Positions 19,786 to 30,226 of a stretch of 64,000 nt of DNA are shown here, in pieces (position 1 is the stretch's first letter; each line of letters opens with the position of its first letter). The position numbers and the translations under genes are program-made. The notes below the pieces were generated by a model, which searched no databases, had not been told where the DNA came from, and worked only from the letters and a program-made list of their open reading frames with translations. Source of the stretch: Planctomycetota bacterium (GTDB taxonomy: Bacteria > Planctomycetota > UBA11346); contig JANQLF010000122.1 in NCBI GenBank assembly GCA_028280785.1, positions 23,627 through 87,626 on the forward strand, given 5' to 3'.

Positions 19786-21076
19786 TAAATCTGGCCTCTT
19801 GACCTGCCTTAACTTGTTTACCTGCTTCTGATAATAGATCAGCTAATGCAATTTCAGAGGATGATAAAACCATAAAATTCCATGTAAAAACTGGTCTGCT
19901 CGTAATAGTTGCTGTCATACGGCGCTTTCCTCTCTCATTGGCAAACATGTACACGGTTTCACCAACTGTACGCGGGACCGCCTGTCCCAACTCATCCAAG
20001 ACAACTAGTCTGTGATTGCTAGAAGCGGCTAACATCTCAAAAGCATTGTCAGTAGAACGCCATGACTGGACCTGTGTTCCATTCACACTTACAGCTAACT
20101 GCAGCAAGACTGTTTTACCTATAGATGAATTACCGCGCAAATTAAAGCACACGGTTGGTAGCTCCAAGAGCGAAGAAAGTGATGCTGCAAAACCAAGGCA
20201 CAAAGCAAAAACAGCGCGGCTATTTCCAATAGATTTTACCGCTAGTTCATTACGCCAGGCTGAATAACTGCCCTTATATTCAACTACATCTGCCATATAG
20301 TCAGATTGAAGAAAAACACGTTCATTCTCATCTTCAGATTTATAAACAACCGTTCCAAGACTATCGCCCATAACATAATGGCCATTATGCCAGCCAGGCT
20401 GACTTACGCTGGTAAAACGTACCTCACTTACGGAATGAAAAACATAGCTAGTCAGCAAATGTATATGCAGTTTTGTGATCGAGTATCTCAATCCACGGTC
20501 TGCTAAGGCTTCCAATAATTGATGCGACTCCTTGGGTATCAGCGATGCTTTTACAGGCAAGTGATGTGTACGACCATCGCCGTCACGCCACCATAGCAAA
20601 ACACCCCAATTAGTGCCGTCCTTTGCACGAGTCTGACCAAGAACTACAAGCGGCGTCGATATCCAGGTACGAATAGTATCTTCTGGTTTTTTATCATTTG
20701 GCTTTAAATACCAGACTCCATGTTGATCAATTTCAAAAAAACCAATTTGTGGTATGTCACGAATCATTGGCAAGACAGGATCAAATTGGATTAATTGGTC
20801 TATGATTTCGGGTTCTGACAATTCGCTATTTTCTTGTTCAATGCAATGATCCTCTGCTAGATCATCATAATCAGGATCAGCAGTAGGGTCATTGTCGTCA
20901 TATGTAATGAGCGTATCGGTCTGCTCTTTACCTTCAGGTACCAGTGTTGTTTCAGTGCGATGTTCAGTCTTTTGGGGCTCCTCATTATCAAACCCAAGCT
21001 CTTCTGCTAGATCATTTATGATATCACTGTGAGACTTACTTTCTGGGTCATCATAGTCATCATCGAAATCTGACAT
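19724..21076 (-). CDS. DUF927/primase-associated P-loop NTPase (P4-alpha / VirE-like replication protein), N-terminal part
   Basis: 450 aa; highly acidic N-terminus; WGVLLWWRDGDG and PGWH blocks as in DUF927; Walker A-like GNSSIGKT. Confidence 0.55.
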   Translation of the reverse strand: MSDFDDDYDDPESKSHSDIINDLAEELGFDNEEPQKTEHRTETTLVPEGKEQTDTLITYDDNDPTADPDYDDLAEDHCIEQENSELSEPEIIDQLIQFDPVLPMIRDIPQIGFFEIDQHGVWYLKPNDKKPEDTIRTWISTPLVVLGQTRAKDGTNWGVLLWWRDGDGRTHHLPVKASLIPKESHQLLEALADRGLRYSITKLHIHLLTSYVFHSVSEVRFTSVSQPGWHNGHYVMGDSLGTVVYKSEDENERVFLQSDYMADVVEYKGSYSAWRNELAVKSIGNSRAVFALCLGFAASLSSLLELPTVCFNLRGNSSIGKTVLLQLAVSVNGTQVQSWRSTDNAFEMLAASSNHRLVVLDELGQAVPRTVGETVYMFANERGKRRMTATITSRPVFTWNFMVLSSSEIALADLLSEAGKQVKAGQEARFIDIPADAGCGLGVWEDLHNG

Positions 21077-21412
21077 GACAGCTTTCCTTATTTAAAACAA
21101 TTGTTCGGCCCACCAGGACCACCAAGTAAGACGGACAAGGTGTCCGCGTTTTGGCGCTGATAGACCCAAAACCAGAGTGCTAGAGAGCAACTTGGGCACC
21201 AAGACCACTTGGGACACAAGATAAAAAGCAGAGTACGGTGCTGGGGAAAGGCAGCACCCAAAGTCTTGCCAGTTTTTTTGTTCTTTGCCTTCCTCAGAAG
21301 TGGACGCGGTGGGCAAGGTGTCCAACCCCACACGGAAGCATTTCTGCTGGGAAAAATACACAAAAGCCATGGCCACTTTGCGGCTCGTGCAAAGTGGCCA
21401 GGGTGGACAACG

Positions 21413-21895
21413 CTAAGCATCACTGCTGAACACTTTGTTCAGTAATGCATCTGCTGCATCAACTTCTACGCAGAGTGTTAAATCAAAATAGAACGCCACA
21501 TCAAGTGCATTCGATAGTAAGGAATCATCAATAGTTGCTGGCTCAATGTCCTTTGGTTTCTTAGCGGCATGTCGCTGTTGATTTCTTACATGAATCCAAT
21601 GCTCAATATCTGCTGATCGCATATTTATGCTCATCGCATAGATGTGTTGTGCTGTCAAAAGCTCACCATGACTCAGACTATGTAGACCAGTTCCCTTCAA
21701 TCCGGGCCGCTTACTAAATAATACAGGCTTGGCATCATCATGCTCGGTAAAGTAATCGTTGGTATGCAATACAATTCCGCACAACAGCATATGGAAATAG
21801 GTAGGATCACGGTTCTTTTTGCCCGATGGCAATGGGCCATCTAGGTCATAATTATTGAGGTCTATATCAGGGATATCAATCACGGCTGTCTCCAT
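21413..21895 (-). CDS. hypothetical protein (island)
   Basis: 160 aa ORF, no motif. Confidence 0.35.
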   Translation of the reverse strand: METAVIDIPDIDLNNYDLDGPLPSGKKNRDPTYFHMLLCGIVLHTNDYFTEHDDAKPVLFSKRPGLKGTGLHSLSHGELLTAQHIYAMSINMRSADIEHWIHVRNQQRHAAKKPKDIEPATIDDSLLSNALDVAFYFDLTLCVEVDAADALLNKVFSSDA

Positions 21896-22214
21896 CCAAA
21901 TACACTTCAGTGATCCAAATCTCTGTGCGCTTAATTAACTCATTCAAACAGTATGTTTCCAGTGCAGGATGACCTTCATCCCGTAAGCCACATATAATTG
22001 TTCTTATCTTTAATGGGTCCAAGCCTGCATTTTTATACTCACGTATGCATTCTTTGACATTATCTTCGACAATTTTTTTAATACTGCTTACCATATCTAT
22101 AGTATAGACAGCATTGCCTTTAGGGTCTGGAGATCCTCCTGTTAAATCCTTGGAACCTTCGATGATCGAAGCAAGCTCCCATGAGCGATCTTCATTTCGT
22201 TGCTTTTCCTGCAT
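21876..22214 (-). CDS. hypothetical protein (island)
   Basis: 112 aa ORF. Confidence 0.35.
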   Translation of the reverse strand: MQEKQRNEDRSWELASIIEGSKDLTGGSPDPKGNAVYTIDMVSSIKKIVEDNVKECIREYKNAGLDPLKIRTIICGLRDEGHPALETYCLNELIKRTEIWITEVYLDGDSRD

Positions 22215-22235
22215 AATTTCTCCTTAGTTACAGGG

Positions 22236-22601
22236 TTAATTGATTGATCTGTTTGAATGGTGCTTCTTATACCAAGCAGCAGCATCGGACTGGTCGATGA
22301 GCCAGATTGACTTGCCGCCAGACTCGACTTTTTCTCCATGCAACTGCCCTGAGTTAAGAGCGTCGTATACAACCTTACGCTTAAGCTTGTACATCTTCCG
22401 GACCTGGGCACCGGAAAGCTTGGTGCTGCGGTTTGCCACGCAGTCCTCGATGAGCCCCGGCAGATCTCTGTAGATCGACTCACGCAATGACGTATGCTCT
22501 GCCTTAAGAGCTAATGCGAATTGCTGAAGGGCTGCAATTATTGAAGTTAATGGCTGATGAAATGGATCATCTGATTTACAACGGCGGTTGTTCATGGTCA
22601 T
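22236..22601 (-). CDS. AlpA/excisionase-like DNA-binding protein
   Basis: 121 aa; C-terminal KLSGAQVRKMYKLKRKVVYDALNSGQLHGEKV...IWLIDQSDAAAWY resembles MerR/AlpA-type HTH with winged tail. Confidence 0.4.
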   Translation of the reverse strand: MTMNNRRCKSDDPFHQPLTSIIAALQQFALALKAEHTSLRESIYRDLPGLIEDCVANRSTKLSGAQVRKMYKLKRKVVYDALNSGQLHGEKVESGGKSIWLIDQSDAAAWYKKHHSNRSIN

Positions 22602-22664
22602 GAGTGGAGGTCATACAGACGACAACTACATTGGCTAAACCCAATCCCAAAAGAGACGCCGGAA

Positions 22665-23735
22665 ATGTCAAAAGGAGCGACTTTTGACATATTGCCACTG
22701 TATTCCAGAGATACACCTATCAGCGCCGCTAACCAAGTTTACAATTGCGGGCATAAGCCAACAAGGAGTCAAACTATGACAAAGGAAAAGATTTTCCTGG
22801 ACCGCAAAAAGGTTATGGACATTGCAAGCAAGAAATTTAGCGAACCAATTATTACTAATTTAGGACATGCAGCATTTCCAGGTTTAAGTAGTGGACCCAG
22901 CTATGTCTCCCGTGCAATTGGGGAGCCCAGAAACAATAGCACCACCAACCGATGGATAACGGTCGGTCAGGCTATAGCCATTGCCAATGCGATTGGAGTT
23001 ACTGACTGGAAAGAGCTGAAGTCTACGACATTCGATGACCAATTAAGCCTTCTAGCAACCACACTACAGTCAGAGGTAAGAGAGAGCGATAGATTTTACG
23101 ATGCCTACTTTCATGGCGAGGAGAGTTTCAACTTTAACATCGATTTAAACCTATGGGAATTTCTCATCATTGCAAAATCCATTAAAAGCCTGCCCGATAC
23201 AGTACAAAAAGACCACTTCCACAGCCACAAAACCCTTAAAGAGAAATTGATCAGTGCACTCATGAAATCTCCCTTATTGAAGCCCGACAGATCCCACGGG
23301 GTAAACAATGAAAATTTTGAATGGGATGCTTTACTTACAGCTGCAGAGGGATTAATAGACACGTTGGAATATGAGTCATGGAATAAAATGAGAACCGAGA
23401 ATTTACTCGATCATTACTCCAATGACCCGGAGGCAGTTAAGCTGATTTCAAAAGAAAAACGCCATGGCTTGAAACGGCTTTCAAAGGACATCGATAAGAT
23501 CACCCGAAAAATCCTTTCAGAAGAGCTTGATAAAAATAATTACATCAATGTTAGCAGATGGCACCAATGGAAAAACAACTCTGAAGGCCGAGAATTTCTG
23601 AAATATTTACACGATCACATCGCGTTCATCCCCCAAATTAGTAGCGCTGAGGATGAGGACTATGATTACTATATCGAAGATCAGTGGTCTGTGATCGAGG
23701 CCGCTCAACGGATTCTACACGCGGTATTAAGCTAA
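22665..23735 (+). CDS. hypothetical protein (island)
   Basis: 356 aa ORF (alternative start MTKEK at 22777); possible HTH-like stretch NRWITVGQAIAIANAIGV. Confidence 0.4.
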   Translation: MSKGATFDILPLYSRDTPISAANQVYNCGHKPTRSQTMTKEKIFLDRKKVMDIASKKFSEPIITNLGHAAFPGLSSGPSYVSRAIGEPRNNSTTNRWITVGQAIAIANAIGVTDWKELKSTTFDDQLSLLATTLQSEVRESDRFYDAYFHGEESFNFNIDLNLWEFLIIAKSIKSLPDTVQKDHFHSHKTLKEKLISALMKSPLLKPDRSHGVNNENFEWDALLTAAEGLIDTLEYESWNKMRTENLLDHYSNDPEAVKLISKEKRHGLKRLSKDIDKITRKILSEELDKNNYINVSRWHQWKNNSEGREFLKYLHDHIAFIPQISSAEDEDYDYYIEDQWSVIEAAQRILHAVLS

Positions 23736-23867
23736 CTAGTGTCAAAGCTGAGTTGATTTGACACTTTAAATCTGAGTCAGAATTATTTTACATGCAGAAA
23801 TGTATTTATAGATAAATTGCGGAGTAAATCGCAGAATCTATAATTCATTTCAATCGGAATTAGTAAA

Positions 23868-25037
23868 ATGCCTGACCCAAGAAAAAAAGACCCAACTCTG
23901 CCTCGTGGCGTGACCATAGAAGACCAATGGGAAAAACGACGACGACTTGGAAAGCCGGTTAACCCCGGCGTGCGGCGATACCTAGCAAAAGCCCTAATCG
24001 GTGGGACTAAATATAAATCCAAAGTGTTTGATAAACGCCGCGACGCTATCGACTGGGCTACCGCTACCGTCGCTCGTATACAAGCAGGACTCGACACAGG
24101 CAGATGCTGCCTTGTGGTAACATACTTGGATGAATATCTTTCGGAATTAAAAAGTCGCCGCCTGTCAGAAGGTTATATTAGACAAGCTGAAGACACACTC
24201 CAATTACTGCATAACAATGGCGCGAAGGACTTAAACAATCCATCATTCATACACACTGCAAAATTGATATTATATAATAAAAAAGCCCTGAAGACCAACA
24301 GAGATGGGTCTGTACGCCGCCAAACACAGTTAAAATTATCACCGTCTACAATTAACAGATACATTGCCCAGGCCAAGACATTCTCAACTTGGTGTAGTGA
24401 CAATGGATATGCAAATCGAGATGTATTAGCGCCGTTAAAGAAGCTACGTGAAGTAAAGAAAAACAAGCCCGTCCTGACTGTGTCAGAGCTCAAGCGTCTA
24501 CTAAATGACGAAAATAGTCACCATTCATTTTGGTTGATGACATGCCTGATGTGCTACCTCGGCTTACGTTGCGGTGAAGCGGCGGGCCTTCGAACTGCCG
24601 ACATTCTCTTCGAAGAAGAAATTGTTCGAGTCTGCATGCCGGATGGCCATGGGATGAAATTAAAATGGCAAAAAGAACGTCTAGTGCCTCTACAACCAGA
24701 ATTAGCTGAGATACTTCGTAAGCAAATGGATCCAAAGGCCAAATACGTGGTAAAGTCTGATAGACCACGAAAGGACAAGACCAAGTGGCGGACTGACTTC
24801 GACCAACTTCTAAGACTGGCAGGAATCACTAAGCGACCAGGGCTCAGCCCTCACAGTTGCAGACATACTTACATATCGCTTATGGTTGCCCATACAGGTG
24901 ACATGCGAAAGGTCCAAAAGAGCGTTGGCCATCAAAGCATCGTCACTACAGAAAAGTACGCTGAAAGTGCAGATGCCTACTACATATTTGTAAAAGACTG
25001 GCCCAAGGACCAGTATCTACACTTGCGCAACTTGTAG
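23868..25037 (+). CDS. int: tyrosine-type site-specific integrase (second)
   Basis: 389 aa; HSCRHTYISLM ... GHQSIVTTEKYAE, which is the H-x-x-R ... Y catalytic pattern. Confidence 0.8.
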   Translation: MPDPRKKDPTLPRGVTIEDQWEKRRRLGKPVNPGVRRYLAKALIGGTKYKSKVFDKRRDAIDWATATVARIQAGLDTGRCCLVVTYLDEYLSELKSRRLSEGYIRQAEDTLQLLHNNGAKDLNNPSFIHTAKLILYNKKALKTNRDGSVRRQTQLKLSPSTINRYIAQAKTFSTWCSDNGYANRDVLAPLKKLREVKKNKPVLTVSELKRLLNDENSHHSFWLMTCLMCYLGLRCGEAAGLRTADILFEEEIVRVCMPDGHGMKLKWQKERLVPLQPELAEILRKQMDPKAKYVVKSDRPRKDKTKWRTDFDQLLRLAGITKRPGLSPHSCRHTYISLMVAHTGDMRKVQKSVGHQSIVTTEKYAESADAYYIFVKDWPKDQYLHLRNL

Positions 25038-25049
25038 CACTGACTTGCT

Positions 25050-28000
25050 ATGACGTTAGTACAAGTGAGCACAGTAGGTTATAGCGAAGACTGGGAGGAA
25101 GGATTATCTGCACCTGTACTCCTAATCCATCTAGCTATTGCTAAGGCCTCATTGGACTTACGTCATTCAAGAGACAGAATCCCTCATGTAACATTAAGCT
25201 GCCGCCTAAGGATGTACTACATGAGCGCTCTTTCCGACCTTCTTGACGATTATCGAAACAAATCACAAACCGAGCGCGAAAAAGGCACCTATTTTGAAGA
25301 GCTGATTAGGACCTATTTCAGGTTTGAAGCGACCTATAAGGATCTATACAGCGATGTGTGGCTATACTCAGACTGGGCCAAAGAGCAGGGACTAGATCAA
25401 AGGGATACTGGAATTGACCTAGTTGCCAAAACACATGCAACAAATGAATTCCATGCCATTCAATGCAAATGCTTCGCTGAAGATTACAAAGTTCAAAAAA
25501 AGGATATTGATAGTTTTTTCACGGCTTCCGGAAAGAAGCCATTTTCACACCGGATCATAGTTACCACAACTAATCTCTGGAGTGAACACGCAGATGATTC
25601 CCTTCGGGATCAACAATTATCAGTTAATAAAATTGACCTCCACGATCTTGAGAATAGTCAAATCGACTGGGCCAAATATAAATCCGACAACAAACCTATA
25701 CTAAAGAAAAAGAAAACTCTTCGGCGACACCAAGAAACTGCGCTCTCAAACGTTGTATCTGGGCTCAATAAAGCAGACCGTGGTAAGCTGATTATGGCCT
25801 GTGGGACAGGTAAAACTTTTACCAGCTTAAAAATAGCTGAACAAATGGCCGGAAAAGGGAAAAGAGTATTGTTTCTGGTCCCGAGCTTGTCTCTACTTAG
25901 TCAAACCTTAACTGAATGGACTCAGCAATCTGAAACGCCAATGCATAATTTTGCAGTTTGTTCGGATAGTGCTGTAGGAAAAAAACGAAAGAAAGATGAT
26001 GATATAGTTCAAACTTTCATGCACGAACTTAGGTATCCAGCAACCACTGATCCCAAGCGCTTGGCTGGTGAAATGAAGAAAAGACACGATGATCAGCATA
26101 TGAGCGTTGTGTATTCAACCTATCACTCAATTGAAGTGATTAATCAAGCACAAAAAAATCATGCACTAGATGATTTTGATCTGATTATATGTGATGAGGC
26201 CCATCGAACTACAGGAGCTACATTCGAAGACGAAAGTGAAAGCAACTTCGTGAAGATTCACGATTCGGGTTTCATTAAATCCAAGAAACGTTTGTATATG
26301 ACAGCAACACCAAGAATTTATGGTGATAGTGCAAAGGCTACTGCCGAAAAAGACAATGTTGCAATATGCTCTATGGATGACGAGAAATTATACGGTAAAG
26401 AACTTCACGTAATAACATTCTCAGAATCTGTTAAACTAGGGCTGCTCACAGACTATAAAGTGATCGTCCTTTCGATTGATGAAGAACATGTTAGCTCAAG
26501 AATACAAAATTTATTAAAAGATGATAATAACCAGTTAAAGGTAGATGATGCTGCCAAAATTATTGGCTGCTGGAAAGCACTCAGCAAACAAGGGATGGAG
26601 GAGGATTTGATCCTTGATCCCAAACCAATGAAAAGGTCTGTTGCATTTTGTCAAGTTATTGACCCAAAATCTGGAAGAAGCCACAAGGTCAGCTCTAAAC
26701 AGATTTCATCAATGTTCCAAGAAGTGGTTGAAGCGTACCAAGAACAGGAAGAAGAACACAATACACTGATATGTGAGGCAAGGCATATCGACGGGAGCAT
26801 GAATGCCAGTGAAAAGACTGAAAAGATTGATTGGTTAAAATCAGAGCCAGCCGAAGACACTAGTCATATCCTCAGTAATGTCCGCTGCCTCTCCGAAGGC
26901 GTTGATATTCCAGCACTAGATGCAGTTCTTTTTCTCACACCCAGGAATTCTCAGATTGATGTTGTCCAATCAGTTGGCCGTGTAATGCGGAATGCCGATG
27001 GCAAAAACAAAGGGTATGTAATTTTACCTGTCGTAATACCAATGGGCATGACTCCCTCTGAAGCTTTGAATGACAATAAAGTATACAAGGTTGTTTGGGA
27101 GGTCTTACAAGCTCTAAGATCTCACGATGACCGCTTTGATGCAATGATAAACAAGTTGGATCTAATCGGCAAAGATACAAGCAAAATGGAAGTCATTGCA
27201 ATAACAGACAAAGTTCAACGAAAGGCAAAAAAGAAGAAAAAACAAGCTGGCAAAGGTAGCAGCACCATTGGCAGCCCAGATCTAAACAACATTCCCACAC
27301 AAATGGACATACAATTCGAAGTTGGTGAAGTGGAACGAGCGTTATATGCAAAAGTGGTTAAAAAATGCGGAAACAGAAACCACTGGGAAGATTGGGCAAA
27401 AGATATTGCTAAAATAGCAAAAACTCATATTGCTAGAATTACAACCATAATAAGGGATAAAAGCAATAAAATAGAAAGAAAGTCCTTCTTTGCGTTCGCA
27501 GAAGAACTTCGAGATGATTTAAACGATAGTATAACTGATGATGAAGTAATAGAAATGCTTTCACAGCATTTGATTACTAAACCCGTATTTGATGCGTTGT
27601 TCAAGGACTATAGTTTTGCTAATAACAACCCCGTATCTCAGGCAATGCAACAAGTATTGGATACTCTCCAAGAACATCGATTGGACAAAGAGACGGATAC
27701 CTTAGATCGTTTTTATTCAAGCGTTCAATTACGTGCAGAGGGCATTGATAGCGCCGAAGGGAAACAAAGGATAATACTTGAACTGTACGATAAATTCTTC
27801 CGTAATGCATTTCCTCGGATGACCGAACGATTAGGCATCGTCTACACACCTGTTGAGGTAGTAGACTTCATAATACACAGTGTTAATGACCTACTTAAAT
27901 CACAGTTCAAACAGACATTAAATAACCAGGGAGTGCACATTATAGATCCCTTTACCGGAACTGGAACATTTGTCACTCGATTGCTTCAAAGTGGTTTAAT

Positions 28001-30080
28001 AAAACAAGAGAACCTTAAAGAAAAATACATGAAAGAAATTCATGCAAATGAAATTGTTTTACTAGCCTATTACATAGCCGCCATAAATATTGAATCGGTT
28101 TATTATAGCATCGTTGGCGGCGAGCATAAGACCTTCAATAACATATGCCTAACAGATACTTTTCAGCTGCATGAAAAAGATGATACCATAAGCGGTTTAT
28201 TGGAAGACAATAGCGACAGAAGGATTAAGCAAAAAAAATTAGACATAAGGGTGATTATGGGCAACCCACCCTATTCAGCAATACAATCGAGCGAGAATGA
28301 TAACAACAAAAAAACTGGTTACCCAAATCTTGACGGGAGAATTCGAGATACATTCGCGCTTGGCTCAAGCGGTGTACTCAAAAATGCCTTGTATGACTCA
28401 TATGTAAGAGCAATGAGATGGGCGATAGATCGTATCGGCAATAAAGGTATTATAGGATTTGTAACTGGCAGCGCCTGGATTGACAGGACATTTGCCGATG
28501 TGATGAGAAAATGCTTGGCTGAAGAATGTACAAGCATTTACATAGTGGACCTAAGGGGCGATATTAGAAAAAATATGCTAAGTAAGGGAGCAGCAAAGCA
28601 GGGAGGCAATATATTTGGGTCAAGCAGCATGACTGGGATCGCCGTTACATTTTTTGTTAAAAACCCTTCTTCATCTAAAAAGAGCAAGATCTACTATTTA
28701 GATATTGGTGAAGATCTTAGCAGTGAGGACAAATTAAATGAGTTATTGCGCCTTAAGAGCTGCAATAATATTTCGGAATTAGGTCTTTGGTCTGAGTTGA
28801 TCCCGGATAAGTATAACGATTGGATTAATCAACGTGACGACAAGTTTGAGTCATACCCGGTCATTGGGAGCAAGAAAAAAGACTCCGGGGTGACTATTTT
28901 CAATGTATATTCGGGCGGCGTAAAAACCAATCGCGATGCATGGTGCTATAATTTCTCTCGAGAATCTGTCGCACATAATATGTCTAATATGGCCGATTTT
29001 TACAACAGTGAGATGATGAGGTACAAAAAACATTGTGAGCGCACCCCCAAGGATCGGAGGACTCCGGTTGATGAATTTATAGATAACAACCCTAAAAACA
29101 TTAGCTGGACAAGAGAATTAAAGAGAGATCTTTTGAATGGAAAAGATCGCCCCTATAATGAATCCGCTATTAGAATGGCACATTATAGACCATTTATAAA
29201 ATGCTGGATGTATTTTGATAGATACTATAACAACTGTATTTACCAGATGCCTAAATTATTCCCGAATCCAGATTCTGCCAATAAGATAATTTGTGTCTCC
29301 GGTATTGGGTCCAGGAGCGGATTTTCTGCTTTAATGGTTGATGCCGTTCCTTGCTTGGACATGATCGAAAAAGGGCAGTGTTTCCCAATTATTCAATATA
29401 AAGAAAGTGAAGAATCTACACAAACAACTTTCATAAACCAAGAAAATTCTACTGAAATTCCTGCTATCACCAGCGAGGGACTTGAGTATTTTCGTAGGAA
29501 TTTGACGGAAATTGAAGTGGATGAAAGTGATGTCTTTTACTATGTCTATGGATTACTTCACAGTAGAGACTATGTGAAAAAATTTGGGAAAAACCTCATA
29601 AAGGAACTGCCTAGAATTCCATGCCCCAAAGAATCTGATGACTTTAAAACATATTCAGTTAACGGAAAGAAACTTTCTGAATTACATCTAAACTATGAAT
29701 CAGTAGAGTGTTATCCTGCTAAAATTGAGACATCTGTTGATAGACTTAGACCCGATCATTACCTAGTCGATAAGATGAAGTTTAAAACCAAAAAAGACAA
29801 GACCATTATTGTGTACAATGAGTTTATCACAATAAATGGGATTCCTGAAAAAGCGTACGATTATCTGGTCAGCGGCAAACCCGCCATAACCTGGGTGATG
29901 GAGAGACAGTCTAAATCAGTTGACAAAAAAAGTGGAATCGTAAATGATGCGAATAATTGGGCTACTGACACAATTGGTAACCATAAGTATCCCCTAGAGT
30001 TACTTCTGCGTGTCGTCACTGTCAGCTTGCAAACACTGAACATTATTGACGATCTACCAAGCATCGAATTTATTGATTGA
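25050..30080 (+). CDS. Type ISP restriction-modification enzyme (Mrr-like nuclease + SF2 helicase + N6-adenine MTase + TRD in one polypeptide)
   Basis: 1676 aa (start may be 25212). N-terminal PD-(D/E)xK Mrr-like block (GIDLVAK...IQCK). Helicase Walker A ACGTGKTFT and DEAH box LIICDEAHRT. Gamma-class MTase GNPPYS (NPPY). Long C-terminal target-recognition region. Architecture as in LlaGI/LlaBIII. Confidence 0.8.
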   Translation: MTLVQVSTVGYSEDWEEGLSAPVLLIHLAIAKASLDLRHSRDRIPHVTLSCRLRMYYMSALSDLLDDYRNKSQTEREKGTYFEELIRTYFRFEATYKDLYSDVWLYSDWAKEQGLDQRDTGIDLVAKTHATNEFHAIQCKCFAEDYKVQKKDIDSFFTASGKKPFSHRIIVTTTNLWSEHADDSLRDQQLSVNKIDLHDLENSQIDWAKYKSDNKPILKKKKTLRRHQETALSNVVSGLNKADRGKLIMACGTGKTFTSLKIAEQMAGKGKRVLFLVPSLSLLSQTLTEWTQQSETPMHNFAVCSDSAVGKKRKKDDDIVQTFMHELRYPATTDPKRLAGEMKKRHDDQHMSVVYSTYHSIEVINQAQKNHALDDFDLIICDEAHRTTGATFEDESESNFVKIHDSGFIKSKKRLYMTATPRIYGDSAKATAEKDNVAICSMDDEKLYGKELHVITFSESVKLGLLTDYKVIVLSIDEEHVSSRIQNLLKDDNNQLKVDDAAKIIGCWKALSKQGMEEDLILDPKPMKRSVAFCQVIDPKSGRSHKVSSKQISSMFQEVVEAYQEQEEEHNTLICEARHIDGSMNASEKTEKIDWLKSEPAEDTSHILSNVRCLSEGVDIPALDAVLFLTPRNSQIDVVQSVGRVMRNADGKNKGYVILPVVIPMGMTPSEALNDNKVYKVVWEVLQALRSHDDRFDAMINKLDLIGKDTSKMEVIAITDKVQRKAKKKKKQAGKGSSTIGSPDLNNIPTQMDIQFEVGEVERALYAKVVKKCGNRNHWEDWAKDIAKIAKTHIARITTIIRDKSNKIERKSFFAFAEELRDDLNDSITDDEVIEMLSQHLITKPVFDALFKDYSFANNNPVSQAMQQVLDTLQEHRLDKETDTLDRFYSSVQLRAEGIDSAEGKQRIILELYDKFFRNAFPRMTERLGIVYTPVEVVDFIIHSVNDLLKSQFKQTLNNQGVHIIDPFTGTGTFVTRLLQSGLIKQENLKEKYMKEIHANEIVLLAYYIAAINIESVYYSIVGGEHKTFNNICLTDTFQLHEKDDTISGLLEDNSDRRIKQKKLDIRVIMGNPPYSAIQSSENDNNKKTGYPNLDGRIRDTFALGSSGVLKNALYDSYVRAMRWAIDRIGNKGIIGFVTGSAWIDRTFADVMRKCLAEECTSIYIVDLRGDIRKNMLSKGAAKQGGNIFGSSSMTGIAVTFFVKNPSSSKKSKIYYLDIGEDLSSEDKLNELLRLKSCNNISELGLWSELIPDKYNDWINQRDDKFESYPVIGSKKKDSGVTIFNVYSGGVKTNRDAWCYNFSRESVAHNMSNMADFYNSEMMRYKKHCERTPKDRRTPVDEFIDNNPKNISWTRELKRDLLNGKDRPYNESAIRMAHYRPFIKCWMYFDRYYNNCIYQMPKLFPNPDSANKIICVSGIGSRSGFSALMVDAVPCLDMIEKGQCFPIIQYKESEESTQTTFINQENSTEIPAITSEGLEYFRRNLTEIEVDESDVFYYVYGLLHSRDYVKKFGKNLIKELPRIPCPKESDDFKTYSVNGKKLSELHLNYESVECYPAKIETSVDRLRPDHYLVDKMKFKTKKDKTIIVYNEFITINGIPEKAYDYLVSGKPAITWVMERQSKSVDKKSGIVNDANNWATDTIGNHKYPLELLLRVVTVSLQTLNIIDDLPSIEFID

Positions 30081-30177
30081 AGCGTAATTGAAATATGACA
30101 TACACATCCAGGACTGTAAAAAATGTAAATTTAAATGACATGCCGTAACCTTACAGTCCTCAACATATATTTCCCTT

Positions 30178-30225
30178 CTTGCCATGCTGTAGGTCGTGAG
30201 TTCGAGTCTCATCACCCGCTCCAAA
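30178..30225 (+). repeat. attR: 48 bp copy of tRNA-Gly 3' part
   Basis: Exact copy of 12075-12122. Confidence 0.85.
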
Positions 30226-30226
30226 G

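Larger units (their letters stand above)
12123..30177. mobile_element. integrated genomic island (approx 18.1 kb) at tRNA-Gly: two tyrosine integrases, DUF927 replication module, defence cargo
   Basis: Flanked by the 48 bp direct repeat; two integrases; AlpA-like and DUF927 genes; visibly more AT-rich than flanks; a second terminator-bearing tRNA 3' end sits at the right edge. Confidence 0.75.

Noticed and set aside
21088-21445. ORFs 21088..21423, 21092..21376 (-) and 21209..21445, 21238..21429 (+), mutually overlapping
   Set aside because: Four overlapping low-complexity ORFs in a repeat/hairpin-rich segment; interpreted as non-coding structured DNA (see finding) rather than genes.
12123-30177. 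Search for a third internal copy of the 48 bp att repeat separating two tandem islands (for example around 18700-19000 or 23740-23870)
   Set aside because: No copy or recognisable fragment of CTTGCCATGCTGTAGG...CCGCTCCA found by eye inside the island; tandem-island model left as unproven.
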